A DNA stretch of 62,738 bases, filler included, from Asterionella formosa (Eukaryota): NCBI GenBank assembly GCA_002256025.1. It is 8 parts of 8 records of this genome, joined end to end, with 100 filler letters (N's around TTAATTAATTAA, not from the genome) between each part and the next. Parts side by side here need not be neighbours in the genome. Positions count along the whole stretch, not along the records: positions 1 to 26,220 come from NKIB01001782.1; 7 more parts are not named here. One strand, 5' to 3'. Within the stretch, counting starts at the first letter, position 1. Each line of letters opens with the position of its first letter. Position numbers and translations under genes: made by a program. This document shows positions 11,585-23,372 of this stretch, piece by piece. The notes beneath the pieces are model-generated. The model saw only the letters and a list, made by a program, of their open reading frames with translations. It did not search any database and had not been told where the DNA came from.

Positions 11585-12636
11585 ATGTCAAATCAATTCC
11601 GAGAAGCCTTTCAGCGCATGGCTAAGAATGCACCCAACATGGGAGGAGGCAGCGGAGGGCCGGGCCGAGGATTAGGCGATGCTGCCGGTAAGGCGCTTGG
11701 ATCCGCTGTTCTGGCCCTTGGACTCGGCTACGGAGCCTTCCATTCTGTCTACACGGTGCAAGGAGGTCACCGCGCCGTCGTCTTCAACCGCTTGACTGGC
11801 ATGAAGGATCGTGTCTACGGAGAAGGCCTCAATTTTAACATTCCTTGGTTTGAACGCCCGGTGATTTATGACATTCGCACTCGACCCGTCAACCTCCAGA
11901 CCCTGACTGGATCCAAGGATCTACAGATGGTGACAATCGCCATTCGTGTCTTGCATAAACCTGATTCCAGTAAGCTTGTTTGGATTTATCGCTTCCTTGG
12001 CCTCAACTATGACGAGCGGGTGCTTCCCAGTATCATGAATGAGTGTGCCAAGGCTGTTGTTGCAAGGTACAACGCCAACGAGTTGTTGACTCGACGTGAG
12101 GCGGTTTCTGCTGATATCGGCCGTGAACTTAGACACCGGGCTTCTGGTTTTAACATCATTTTGGAAGATGTTGCCATTACGCACTTGAGCTTTAGTCCAG
12201 AATATGCAAAGGCCGTGGAAGCCAAGCAAGTGGGTAAGTGCGAACATTGAATACGGAACAAATGAATTATTGCGCTAGATGATGAATGTGCCGAAACTAA
12301 AACTATTTGATATTATCCTCTATTGATACAGCTCAACAAGATGCCGAGAGAGCCAAATACATTGTGATTGGAGCGCAGCAAGAGAAATTGACCATTATTA
12401 CCAAAGCAAAGGGAGAAGCCGAGTCTGCCGAGTTGATTGGTACCGCTGTCAAGAAAAACCCTGGATTCATGAAGCTTCGTCGAATTGATGCTGCCCGTGA
12501 TATTGCTGACATTGTGGCCGGATCAGGAAATAAGGTGTACTTGAATGCTGATTCTTTGTTGCTAAATTTGTTGGGCGATGCAGACGAAAAGTTTGAAAAA
12601 GGAGTTGGAGCCAAAAAGGGTGGTTGGGGAAGGTAG
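11585..12636 (+). CDS. PHB2: Prohibitin 2; 2 exons (11585-12233, 12332-12636)
   Basis: GGHRAVVFNR, TGSKDLQMV, YDERVLPSI, AVEAKQV|AQQDAERA. Intron 12234-12331. Confidence 0.93.
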
Positions 12637-12706
12637 ATATCGGTAGGTGGATTGGCTATATCTTTCTATACTCATACCTGTATGATGTGAAGACTTTAAA
12701 TCCGTA

Positions 12707-13738
12707 TTATGTGACCTTTTTCGATGGTAATGCATCGCTCTTCTTCTGCGCATATGTCATGAGTCGTTTAACCGATGTCAGATACTTTCGTTGTAGCTCT
12801 GAGTTCATAACGTGGGCTACATTTGCGGACTCAATCTTGGCTCGTCCAGATCTAGCGTGAATACCAACCATGGTGACCCCGATAGGCCATGCAGCCCGAC
12901 CAATGGCCACATCCAAGTAAGCGTCGTGGGCCTTGACGAATTCCCCTTGCTGACAAAAATCAATTATGGTGAGAATACGATTCATTAACGACTCCTCCAA
13001 TTTTCGCGTCTTGCATAGCTTGAAGAGAGGTCGGATATAGTCTTTGCACTGTTTCAGAGTCTTGGTCTCATTCCTGCCAGACACAGACTTCTTGACTGCG
13101 TCGTCTCTCCGGGCAAGGTCATCTTCCCACTCACGGAGGAGATCCTTGAAATAACGATAAATTCGTTTGTGAGGATCTGTGCCATCGTCGATTTCTTCTT
13201 TTTCGCTGGGATTTTGCTTCTGTTGTACCACTGGCGTGTCTTCTTCATTTTTGTCCTTTTCAAGAAAGGGATTACGAATCTCATGGCCCTTTCCGAGTCG
13301 ATATTCTTCCATCTCTGTTTGACCAGCTTTAACATTTGCTTGCTGCCGCAAAGCTTGTTTCAAACGTTCTAAACGATTATCCGAACCTTCTCCGAACAAT
13401 CGAATTGGTAAGCCCATACTTCTGAGCCGCTCCATAACGCCTTTCTGGGTCAGATCAGATGACAACATTTCGGAATTGTCTGCTGATGCATGCCCAAGTT
13501 TGGTTGAAACAGGCTCTTCCCTTTGTTTCTTGATATGCTCCACTTCATCTTGTGGCGCCTCGCAAGTCTTTCGTTTCTTTAGAACCAACTCTTCATCTTC
13601 GTGTTCTTCCTGAAATCGACGCAAATCACCTGCGTTCAGAAATGTTCTTCCCCCTCTTTGAAATCCAGCACCTGATTTTTCTTTCGCCAGGGCGATTGCT
13701 TTCTTCTTTTTCTCGAGCTCTCGCTTCAACAGATCCAT
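12707..13738 (-). CDS. PRP18: Pre-mRNA splicing factor Prp18
   Basis: PRP4-like LRSMGLPIRLFGE and the C-terminal AIGRAAWPIGVTMVGIHARSGR signature. Confidence 0.95.
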   Translation of the reverse strand: MDLLKRELEKKKKAIALAKEKSGAGFQRGGRTFLNAGDLRRFQEEHEDEELVLKKRKTCEAPQDEVEHIKKQREEPVSTKLGHASADNSEMLSSDLTQKGVMERLRSMGLPIRLFGEGSDNRLERLKQALRQQANVKAGQTEMEEYRLGKGHEIRNPFLEKDKNEEDTPVVQQKQNPSEKEEIDDGTDPHKRIYRYFKDLLREWEDDLARRDDAVKKSVSGRNETKTLKQCKDYIRPLFKLCKTRKLEESLMNRILTIIDFCQQGEFVKAHDAYLDVAIGRAAWPIGVTMVGIHARSGRAKIESANVAHVMNSELQRKYLTSVKRLMTYAQKKSDALPSKKVT

Positions 13739-13949
13739 CAGTATGATTATCGGCTAGCCAGAATTCTGGAATAGATTGTGAGGAAAGAGACAGTTCTTGC
13801 ACGTGGTATTGCCAATGTTTTGTATGGTGGTTAAGATAATTACTCTGATTTCTTGCTCTGTTGTTTGTACATTGTTTTATGTAGTCCAGCAGTAGTGTGA
13901 CTCTATTTTGGTGTTGTTTTCTGGTCGAGGAGACTCTGCTATCAGAGAC

Positions 13950-14530
13950 TAGATACCGGTATACCGGTAGCCTACCGGTACTTCTATGTACTACCGGTAA
14001 TCAACACCATGACATTTTTGATGCACACATATGTGTGCATGTTGAATGTACCAGCATTGTCTACGATAGTACCAGGTACCTGATACCTGGTACTGGTCCC
14101 TCACCTGGTACCAGGTAGTGCTGCTGTTCTTGATACCGGTACCAGGTACCTGGTACATACATAGTTCTTTGCTACCAAGCATGATTATTTTGGACCGTTA
14201 TTAAGTCTTCAGTATTACGGGGCAAGGCAAGTTGCGGAAAATGAGAAAGTTAGTAGCTATGTTTTCCTTATAATGAAAAAACCGTCTTCTACCAGGTACC
14301 GGTACTACGACACCGTATTCATGTGCTGATTGATGACTGGCATCTCGCCTGCCTATGATCGGTATTTGCAGTGCTGGGAATAACAACAGGCAATACTATG
14401 TACTATGTACAGTACTGGTACTAGGGTTACCTGGCAACAGATACCTTCCGCTCTTACCGACTGAAATTTTACATACAAAGATTTACGACCTTTGGTACGT
14501 ATGTTCCAGGTACAGTACCGGTAGTTGCTA
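13950..14530. repeat. Cluster of palindromic TACCWGG/TACCGG repeats in the PRP18/cyclin divergent region
   Basis: Many TACCGGTA and TACCAGGTA units; perfect 16-mer at 14140. Confidence 0.9.
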
Positions 14531-14542
14531 CAACGGTACTCA

Positions 14543-14644
14543 GTACCTCGAAGTTGCGGTAATTTTGCTGAAACTAAATGTTTAGCTATCTTTATCCCAA
14601 ATTAAATTGTTTGTTTAAGCAAAATGACCGCAACTTGCAGGTAC
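14543..14644. mobile_element. About 100-nt MITE-like inverted repeat
   Basis: 32-nt arms (14543-14574 and 14613-14644) match at 28/32; TA lies at both ends. Confidence 0.55.
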
Positions 14645-15862
14645 GCCTTAAGCAATTCACTACCGGTACATGCTCAGTAGAAAGTTGTTTGAGTCAATTG
14701 TGACTTCACTAAATTGATGTACAAATATGTCCAAAATGACAACTGCTGTGTGTATCCTTGTCACGTCTAGGTAGGTATCCTGCCATTTCCCTCAAGTTCC
14801 ATTTCTTAAGTGTATACTGTAGCAGCAGCAGGTAACATTAGTAAGTCTACCGGTATGTAAGGCAGCAGGCAAGTGGCATCAGTAAATACTCAGTACGATG
14901 CTCAAAGTAGAGACAAGCCATTTTTCAATATTGGCCGCTATAATCGAGATGCCAGTGCATGGTCGCAATTGGTCAGAATATTTTGACATTTTTGAATTTG
15001 AAATATGAAATTGATTGTGATTCTTCCGGAAACAAATTATTTTGTTGACATTGTACATAGCAACTCGTCTAAATATAATACCGGTGGTAGGAGTACCCGG
15101 TAGTATATTTGGTGGTTTTTAAGACATATCATTATGATCCCAGAGGACTGATCATCACTCGGAAATGTTCATAGGCCTAGGTACACCTGTTTGAGCACTA
15201 CAGTGTATATCCAGCATGCATGCGTCGGCTACATAGGAGTCGTATCCATTGGGAATTCGAGGCGTCGTGGACGAGTCGTTTGCTTCTTGAATTACCATTG
15301 TTCTTATTCTTATAGATATTAATAATACCTACTGATTTTATCATTTCTTAGTATATATACCGGTATATGCCGGTATATGTAGAAGGATCACGATACATAG
15401 GTCATTCTCGACATTTTGGTCAGAAGCGCCTATTTCAGTCCCTTAATGCCGTTAAATTTGGGCTCAACTAGGACTAATACAGTGAGGCAGTTCAAAGTGG
15501 GGTTCGTTCCCGTAGAAACCTACAGAGATATCCTTTAAATATAAGTAAATAAAGATATACAGAGTCGTAGGTATTCAAACATAACGACCGACGCGCTCGC
15601 AGAATCAAAACCTGATGCCCTCGTCCCAACAGCCGGAAACGACCAACACATGTTGACAGTTGCTTACTCCAAATTGTTGGCGATTGTTTCAACTCCACTG
15701 AAGGCTTTCCTGGTTTGATATTGAAATTGATATCATAACTTCCCGCTTTTGCGCACATTCACATTTGTCCAACCTCTTGTCATATTTCAAGTAAAGAAGG
15801 ACGACGAGCCCCGCTTGTGTTTTCGTTAACGAGTTCTTGAAGATCCGATCCCAGTCAACATC

Positions 15863-17230
15863 ATGTTTCCTCGCCTCAACTCAAATAACGGAGCCGCCAC
15901 TTTGGGTGCCAGCCGCCGTGCCTTCAGAGTAAGTCGATCGGATAGAGTATTATGCACCGATGGTAGCCTCTGTTGTTGGCTTTTTCGGGCTGTGTGGATA
16001 TATATTTGTTTTCCCTCTTCCGTTTCGAACGGTATCGCTGATACCATCCTGGTGAAGTAGCCGTTTCGATTCAGTGGCGACAACTGAGCAACCCGCTTGC
16101 TCCATTTATTTACTTGCACTCACATCCTTGCTTGCGCTTGACAGGATGTCACCAACGCGACCCGCGGGAACGACGACGCAGGAACAGCTAGCGTGAAACC
16201 GTCGCTTGAAAGGATTGTAACCAACCCCACCGATAACCTCCCAGCTATCCGAGTGGAGCTTGCGGCCCCTCGCCAACACATGCATTCCACTCGCTCTCAC
16301 AGTTCAGTGAACCCCGAAAGCTACCAGCACTCCGGTCAGGTCGATGATATTGATGCGCGCGATGCCGAAGACCCTCTCTGTGCCACCGATTATGTTGTCG
16401 ACATGTATGACCATTTTCGGGAGAAAGAGTTTACCACCTCTGTTCGCCCAACTTTCATGGAGACTCAGACCCACATCAATGAACGTATGCGATCTATTCT
16501 GATTGACTGGCTGGTGGAGGTTCATTTGAAGTTCAAGCTAGTCCCAGAAACGCTTTACTTGACTGTTAATATTATTGACCGTTACCTTGAGAAGGAGGAG
16601 GTATCTCGGCCGAAGTTGCAGCTGGTTGGAGTCACGTCGCTCTTGATTGCTTCAAAGTACGAAGAGATTTATCCTCCTGAGCTTCGTGACCTTGTTTACA
16701 TTTGCGACCGGGCATATACTCGTAATGAGGTAAGTTGATTGTTCTCATGCCCACCAGCAACGATTTAACAAGACTGTCCTGTTTGCTTACCTGGCAACTA
16801 TCCGGTGAATTTTCAGATTATTGAAATGGAAGAAAGGATCCTGAAAACCCTAGAATACAAGATCACCATCCCTAGCGCACATGCATTTCTGGTTCGTTAT
16901 CTCAAAGCTGCTCATGCCGATAAGCGTATTGTCCAGCTTTCATGTTACATTTTGGACGGAACGCTTCAAAGTTACAATTTGCTCCACTATCTCCCAAGTC
17001 AACTAGCCGCCGCCGCTGTCTTCATTGCTAGACGAACAGTAGGTCGCAATTCATGGAGCCCGACACTGTTGAAGTACGCCGCCTACTGCGAAGAAGATAT
17101 TGCGCCAATTGCGAGAGCTGTCTTGGCCGAGAAATCAGGAGCATCCTCGGAACTCCGCGCAGTTAACAAAAAGTACACAAGCAGCAGATACGGTGGCGTC
17201 GCCGCAACTGTCCTTGTTTGCGACTTTTAA
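15863..17230 (+). CDS. Mitotic (B or A/B-type) cyclin; 3 exons (15863-15928, 16145-16729, 16817-17230)
   Basis: Cyclin box MRSILIDWLVEVH...LQLVGVTSLLIASKYEEIYPP. Splicing rebuilds the D-box-like RRAFR|DVTN. Introns 15929-16144 and 16730-16816. Confidence 0.93.
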
Positions 17231-17522
17231 ATGTTGTACATGTCACCTTATTGTCTATCCACCATCAAATTTTTCTTGAGCAATTGGCTTTTCCTTTGGA
17301 AGGAAGTCCACCATACTCATCTCGTCCATCATTAACGCGTCATCGGGGGAGTTCTTTCAATTTGTTGTGGAAACGAAATAATAATGAACAGTTGTCGCTT
17401 GATGATATCATTCCAGTTATACCCATAAGCCAATCGCTGCCCCTTTTCGGCTCAGCAATATCATAAGAGTAATCCTTTGAAGGAAAGCACTAATTAAAAT
17501 CAAACATATTATACTATACTAT

Positions 17523-17741
17523 ACTATACATTGAGTTCTTTGCAGGTCGCTATCTAGTGATTGTTATTGTCAAGGCGTTGACCCCTCATCATATAATCCA
17601 CTTAATTACCATCCTGTTAGCACGTTCACTATACATTGAGTTCTTTGCAGGTCGCTATTTAGTGATTGTTATACATTTGCCAAGGCGTTTGTTTACCCCT
17701 CATCCTATTATCCACTTCGTTACCATCCTGTTAGCACGTTC
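17523..17741. repeat. Tandem duplication of the RBR 3' end (105-nt and 114-nt copies)
   Basis: actatacattgagttctttgcaggtcgctat...accatcctgttagcacgttc occurs at 17523-17627 and 17628-17741. Confidence 0.92.
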
Positions 17742-20700
17742 GATGTCCGCTTTGCTTGTATCACCAAACGTGAACAATGCTCTTGTCTTCACCTTTGCGA
17801 AGCCTGGGGAAGAAACTTCTGCAAATGCCAAACTGGGATTTGCCGCTATATCTGCTCGCGTATGCCTTGGTTTGATAGGTGCTCCAGTAGCAGATGATGT
17901 ACCCTCCACTCTCGCCAATAACGCTTCCCCGGGAGGAGTAACAAGCCGAATATTAATGGCTACATTGCCTTTTTGTACGAGAATGGCGCGAGGGAGGGGT
18001 CGAGGAGGAATGTCGGGAGGAAACGGCGTAGTCAGTCCTGAGAGCAAACGAGCAGGGACTGGAGTGGGAGCGTCATTAACACCTCCTGGTGTTGTCTCGT
18101 CGGTGGCTCGCCTTTCTACCTCACGTCTACGCAACTTTGACGATGCTTTCTTCAATGATTTGCTCTGAAGCAAGTGATTCTTCATTGCAGGGATAAACAC
18201 TTGGTTGTATAAGTGAATCACGTTTCCGAATGCTTGTTCCTTCTTCGGCTTGGATTTGTCAATGTCACCTTCGCGCACGATTCTGATTTGCCTGACAACA
18301 CGCTGACATCCGTAATCACCGATCTCGCGGGATCTAAATTCCGTATAGCTCTCGATGATTGTGGAAAAACTCAATTCCGGTTCGTAGCGCATAATCTTAC
18401 AAACGCCATACAGTACACAAAGTAGCAATTGATCGATATGACGATCGTAGAGAAGCTCAATATGATGGCGAAGGAGGTATCGGAAAGCAACCCATATTTG
18501 ATCAGCAACTTGATAGTCTTTAGGAATACCTAACGCAGTGCAAAGTCCGGATATTCTTAAGTGCATGATCTTGAGTACTTTACGAATGACGTATGCAGTA
18601 AACTGATGTTCAGGATCCAGCACAACAGGCTGGTTGTCTGAAGGAACCATAGTTTTCTCTGTGTTCTTCCCCTTCTTTGCGTCAAAGTAGTCATCCTGTT
18701 CCTCGGGAAGTGTGGGTTGTAACTCCTCTGGGGGCCACAATATTTTGCAATCGTCAGATTGTTTTGGAAGGAGTTTAATCTCACGAATATTGTCCATGAG
18801 ACAGCCCTCTAAAGTGAGGTTCTCGTCTCTAGACCAAATGTGAGAGTCCAATAAGATGATCTCACACAGACTGATGTGCCTCCGGAGAATATTTGGGAGG
18901 CTCGCACTGAATGGAAGTGCGATCTTTGGTTTGAATCTGTCAAACGTTAATGCCAACATAACGGACTCACTCACCTTCAGATAGGAATAAGGTGTACATT
19001 CAAGAAGTTGAAGGATATGGCAGAGCTCCACGCCTTGGTGCCTCTCTGAAAGTCGCAGCTTTGCACAAGCAGAACATCCCTTCAGCACACACACGTAACA
19101 AAATGCAAGCAATGCTCGGTGAAATGAATCATTTTGCACAATTTTTGGATGGCTAGCAGTCTTTTTTCTTGCCGTCTCTTGGAAGATTGTACATTCAAGA
19201 GCATGGAAGTATAATGTAATCAAGGCAATGCACAATTTAAGGTCAGGGTCAGATGCATGACGAGGGTGATATGAAAGTTCACCAGTCATTGGATCGATGA
19301 TGAGCTTGTCATTGCCATCTGGGGAATCAATGCTATCTACATCAGTCAATTTATAGACAGCGCGGTTCAAAGCTGGCACAATCTTTGCCCTCCACCCTAC
19401 AGAATCCCTAGCTTCATGACCGCCGCTGAGAAGGGGGATATTGACATCGCTCTCTTTCACCATTTCGTCGTCGCTCACCTCGAGATAGAGCATGAGTCTC
19501 TGACTTGGTTTTATTTCCTTCGCCGAGAGTATAGCAACGCACCACTCATTAAGATGCATGGCTTCTATTCCTTGTACCGAAGACGGGAGTGTCGGTACTG
19601 CCTCCGGTGAAGTTGCAGCCTTCAGAGCAGCAATTGCCTCAGCAACCTGTGCCTCGGTCGACATAGAAACACGAGGGTCATCTGGATCGAAGATACGGAT
19701 AAAACAAACAAAACGTTCGATGTTATCAGAAATTGACTTGAACTTTGGGCTAGCATTGCAAACGTATTCCAGCATAGCGGGGTCAGCAGAGAAAGTCAAA
19801 TCGTCCACTATAGTAACATGCTTCTCATCAAGGATATGATCACATTCATTGAATACCTTCTCTACGTACAGGCTTTCAACAGCTTCTTGCAATAGATTCA
19901 AATTCGTAAATTGGCCAAGATACTTAACATAACCAGAATCGACACCTTGCATTGAGAAGCCGTACGCGGGAAGGACCCTCTCAATCTCTTCCCTATGTTG
20001 TTCTATCAACGAAACTTCGGCGATGGATTTGATCATATTTTCGACTTCGGACCGCATGATTGGTTTCCCGACCTCATCTTGTGGATTCGTCATGGCGAGG
20101 ACTGAATGAAGGGTATTGGCCCCATCGACTATAACATCAATAGCATCTCTCTCTTGGGAAAACTTGGGCAATGACGAGAAATTGCTGGGTTTTGGAGCAG
20201 AAAATATCATACTCAGTGCAGCAATTGCATCTTCTTCACTGCTAGTGGTACGATTCTTTTTGGCCAACAATTCTGAATAGTGACCCTTCGCTATTCCAAC
20301 ACCGTGGGAAACAATAGGAATTTCATTTCCTTCGTCTACATCTATCGGCAATGACTTAAGCTTGTGCTGATTTATTTCAGAAGCACCTGAAATTTTCCTC
20401 GAATTTCCTTCAACTGGATTTAGAGAGGAAAGTAGCCCCATCGCTGCCGCTGACGTCAACAGCCGCTGTCGGCGACTGCTTCTGGGACTGTCTACGTGGT
20501 CGTCACCCTGTTCTCCATGGATTAATGAAAGATGTTTTGTTGGAATGACAGTTGTACGATGAATGATAAGGAAGGATATCGTTCTAGCGCATTCCTTTGC
20601 TTCCTCTTGAGTCAGGACTGCAAAGTCGGTACCGCCAAGAGGACGTTTTCCGTTCTCGTTTGTTAAGTTTGATGAACAGGGTTTCCCGATAAGATTATTT

Positions 20701-21632
20701 ATCGATGAAGCAAACTCTACCCGATCCGTACAAGACGCCCATAGGTACTCAAAATCATGAAATGACTCGACAGTGGCAATAGCAGTGCGCTGCAACGATT
20801 GCAATACTTGGATCAAATACGTTCGAAACCCATTGTGAATCAATGGAGGTTTGACGGTATTCCGCGGAAAATAGAATACATTGTGAAATGGTTTTTTGGT
20901 TCCGTAGCTTTCCAATCGTATCTGTTCCACACTTTTCTTTTCTTCCTCCATAACTTCTTTCTGCGGTTCACGTTCGTTCAGGAGCACAGAACGATACAGG
21001 TCATCGATTGTGTCAATATCTTCCGTCAAGTATACCAGCAATTCAGTTGCAACATCGACAACTGTGAGTTTATTCCCACCTTCTTCGTTGTTAACCAAAG
21101 GGCAAGGTAAACGAGATAGATATTTGGCCAAGTCGTTCAGGAGCAAAAGCAAGTTGTCCTCGTGAATTGTAGTACCGGTAGAATCAAAATTAGGAGTCGA
21201 CAAGAAAGCAGGACCATCGCCTATCCGGGTTTCTCTAGTTTTGGCACCTATTTTTATTAGTTGAGGCTTATTGCGGGGCTCGTCCTTGGCAAGGTTCCCG
21301 TGTTGTACCTGTACCGGTAGTAGATAATGATCAACCTCATCGAGACACGTTTTCGACTTTCCTTCGCCTATGAGTGCAGACGTGGTGTCAAAACTAAGTC
21401 TCGAAGTCTCTTGCATTGGATGGGCCTGAAGGAAGGGTTGATGCGACCTTGCTTTGGTATTTTCAATGCTTCTTGTACGGAAGCATTTCAAAAGGCGACA
21501 CACCAAGGCATAGCAGGGCTCACTGTGATTGAGATCCGCCTTCCTCGCCTCGAACCAATGTCTCACCAAAGAAAATAGATCTCTGTCTTCATTGGAGCTT
21601 AATTTGATGGCCTCGAGCGCTTGGTCGGCCAT
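17700..21632 (-). CDS. RBR: Retinoblastoma-related protein (about 1310 aa, single ORF)
   Basis: Pocket A FHRALLAFC; pocket B QIWVAFRYLL...LLYDRHIDQLLLCVLYGVCK and VIHLYNQVFIPAMK. TP/SP-rich tail. First ATG at 21632. Confidence 0.92.
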   Translation of the reverse strand: MADQALEAIKLSSNEDRDLFSLVRHWFEARKADLNHSEPCYALVCRLLKCFRTRSIENTKARSHQPFLQAHPMQETSRLSFDTTSALIGEGKSKTCLDEVDHYLLPVQVQHGNLAKDEPRNKPQLIKIGAKTRETRIGDGPAFLSTPNFDSTGTTIHEDNLLLLLNDLAKYLSRLPCPLVNNEEGGNKLTVVDVATELLVYLTEDIDTIDDLYRSVLLNEREPQKEVMEEEKKSVEQIRLESYGTKKPFHNVFYFPRNTVKPPLIHNGFRTYLIQVLQSLQRTAIATVESFHDFEYLWASCTDRVEFASSINNLIGKPCSSNLTNENGKRPLGGTDFAVLTQEEAKECARTISFLIIHRTTVIPTKHLSLIHGEQGDDHVDSPRSSRRQRLLTSAAAMGLLSSLNPVEGNSRKISGASEINQHKLKSLPIDVDEGNEIPIVSHGVGIAKGHYSELLAKKNRTTSSEEDAIAALSMIFSAPKPSNFSSLPKFSQERDAIDVIVDGANTLHSVLAMTNPQDEVGKPIMRSEVENMIKSIAEVSLIEQHREEIERVLPAYGFSMQGVDSGYVKYLGQFTNLNLLQEAVESLYVEKVFNECDHILDEKHVTIVDDLTFSADPAMLEYVCNASPKFKSISDNIERFVCFIRIFDPDDPRVSMSTEAQVAEAIAALKAATSPEAVPTLPSSVQGIEAMHLNEWCVAILSAKEIKPSQRLMLYLEVSDDEMVKESDVNIPLLSGGHEARDSVGWRAKIVPALNRAVYKLTDVDSIDSPDGNDKLIIDPMTGELSYHPRHASDPDLKLCIALITLYFHALECTIFQETARKKTASHPKIVQNDSFHRALLAFCYVCVLKGCSACAKLRLSERHQGVELCHILQLLECTPYSYLKVSESVMLALTFDRFKPKIALPFSASLPNILRRHISLCEIILLDSHIWSRDENLTLEGCLMDNIREIKLLPKQSDDCKILWPPEELQPTLPEEQDDYFDAKKGKNTEKTMVPSDNQPVVLDPEHQFTAYVIRKVLKIMHLRISGLCTALGIPKDYQVADQIWVAFRYLLRHHIELLYDRHIDQLLLCVLYGVCKIMRYEPELSFSTIIESYTEFRSREIGDYGCQRVVRQIRIVREGDIDKSKPKKEQAFGNVIHLYNQVFIPAMKNHLLQSKSLKKASSKLRRREVERRATDETTPGGVNDAPTPVPARLLSGLTTPFPPDIPPRPLPRAILVQKGNVAINIRLVTPPGEALLARVEGTSSATGAPIKPRHTRADIAANPSLAFAEVSSPGFAKVKTRALFTFGDTSKADIERANRMVTKWIIG

Positions 21633-21733
21633 GATCAGGGAGGGCACAGTGTTTGTTGGGTGACCAAATGTTTCTTGTGGGCGGATCAAGATTGTTGTGG
21701 GTAAAATTGTAGGCTTTTTGCTTTTTTTAATTC

Positions 21734-21816
21734 TTTGGCGCCCAAAATCACCTCCTTTACAAGTTTTACGTACAAGGTGAACAGATGAAAAACCCGGAAA
21801 GGAGTCGCTTTGGCGC
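21734..21816. promoter_or_regulatory. Two E2F consensus sites upstream of RBR
   Basis: TTTGGCGC at 21734-21741 and 21809-21816, about 100 and 180 nt upstream of the RBR ATG. Confidence 0.65.
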
Positions 21817-22256
21817 TCAATCCTCTTTTTCTTTAACAATACTAAGAACACATACTGCCTGTAGGCGGCGTTGAACCCGTTCCTTACTACGGGTACCCTG
21901 GTACCTTGTTCCTCTATTTGCCAAGTAGCTCATGGTGCCAGTACCAGTTGGTACCAGGTACCTGGTAAGTACCAGGTAGCGGTGTGCACATTGGAACCGG
22001 CTCTACGTAGCTACTATTTGTAACACTCCTCTGTATGTATTGTTTATCATATGGATGAATACATACTGGTATGCCTGCGCCATACAATAGATGTATTGGA
22101 AGGTGGCGGTGTGAGCCTTCTGTACACTCCTTGACCATCATCATTGACACATTGTGAATCTAGCATTAACCTAGACACGGGTACCGGTACATTAATACAT
22201 TCATTGCTTGCTTTTGTTATCAAAAGTGACATATTACTACAGCAGAAGAATCCATA

Positions 22257-23023
22257 ATGACCAACAAGAAGAAAGGGATACCCAGCAACGATGAGAAGGA
22301 AAAGGTGAAGAAGCTGATAGAAGAAGTCGATAAGGCCGAGGCGCAACTCATGCAGTCAAGGCTTGCCACAGCGCAGATGCATGTCTTGTGGCGGACGCAT
22401 CTCTTTCGAATGTCTCTACTAGTGCTCGTTATCTCGTTTCATCAGTGTAGAGCGCCATCAATGGAGTGCATCAAGAACATCAAGGTACTGATTGTGCAGG
22501 TTCAAGGATAGAAAATGTCTTGTCGATGATGTTTAATCCGACTAATGCGTGTTTTCTATCGCCAACTCTTCCCGTCAAGAGCACCATGACAGACGAGTCC
22601 AACATTCTACACGAGAAATCTATGAGTAGCGTCCTCCAAACTGCTACCTTGATTCTTAAGGACTCTGCTCCTGAGATTATGGGTATATTCATGGTTGTAT
22701 GCCTCGCGGCGTTTTTAAGCTCAAAGGAACACGTTAAGCTGACAAGTTTTCCCTATCTAGTTGCCACTATGTTTCTACCCTTACAACTTGCCCTTTTCTT
22801 TCAAAAACCAACTATTGGGTGCATTGAAGTGATCCAAACAGATGATGCCACTGCTATCTTACGGAGAAAATTTCCTATTTCAGTTGTGTTTCATGCCATT
22901 GCGACTCTGTGTTGCATGCTGATGGAACATCAAATGAGAGTTCGCAATGGAGATATCCGAGATATTCGAAATCTTCGAATCAAAATCAACGAAAAGGTTC
23001 AAGAGAAAAGAAAGACGAAGTAA
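22257..23023 (+). CDS. Hypothetical multi-pass membrane protein; 2 exons (22257-22484, 22580-23023)
   Basis: Two overlapping ORFs joined in frame by GT-AG intron 22485-22579 (branch-like actaat). About 4 hydrophobic segments. Confidence 0.7.
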
Positions 23024-23372
23024 GGATCAGCAATTGAATCCCAATTTTCCAAAAATGGTTTGCTTGGCCTCAGGTCGTCTCGGCAAAGGGAATCTGTTGG
23101 TTGCAATACAGTTCTGATGTTGGTATCATGCATATCCGACGACCTGGGTTTGCGGTTTCCTTTCTCTCTTCTAATTAGAAAGGTCGAAAGCGCACATAAA
23201 CGACTGCACAACGAGTAATGCAATTTAGCTTATGGAATAATTTATCCAGATTGTAATAGGCCTACATGTCATGTGTCGTCCTCGTTCCTCTTTCATTAAT
23301 CTTTGTGACTTTTTTCAAGTAGCATGGATTGCTGGTTGGAGAATGAGTATGAGCTCCACGGGAGACGTGCTT

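Noticed and set aside
21633..21851. N-terminal extension of RBR in the ORF track
   Set aside because: Begins at a non-ATG codon and covers promoter-like sequence containing the E2F sites.
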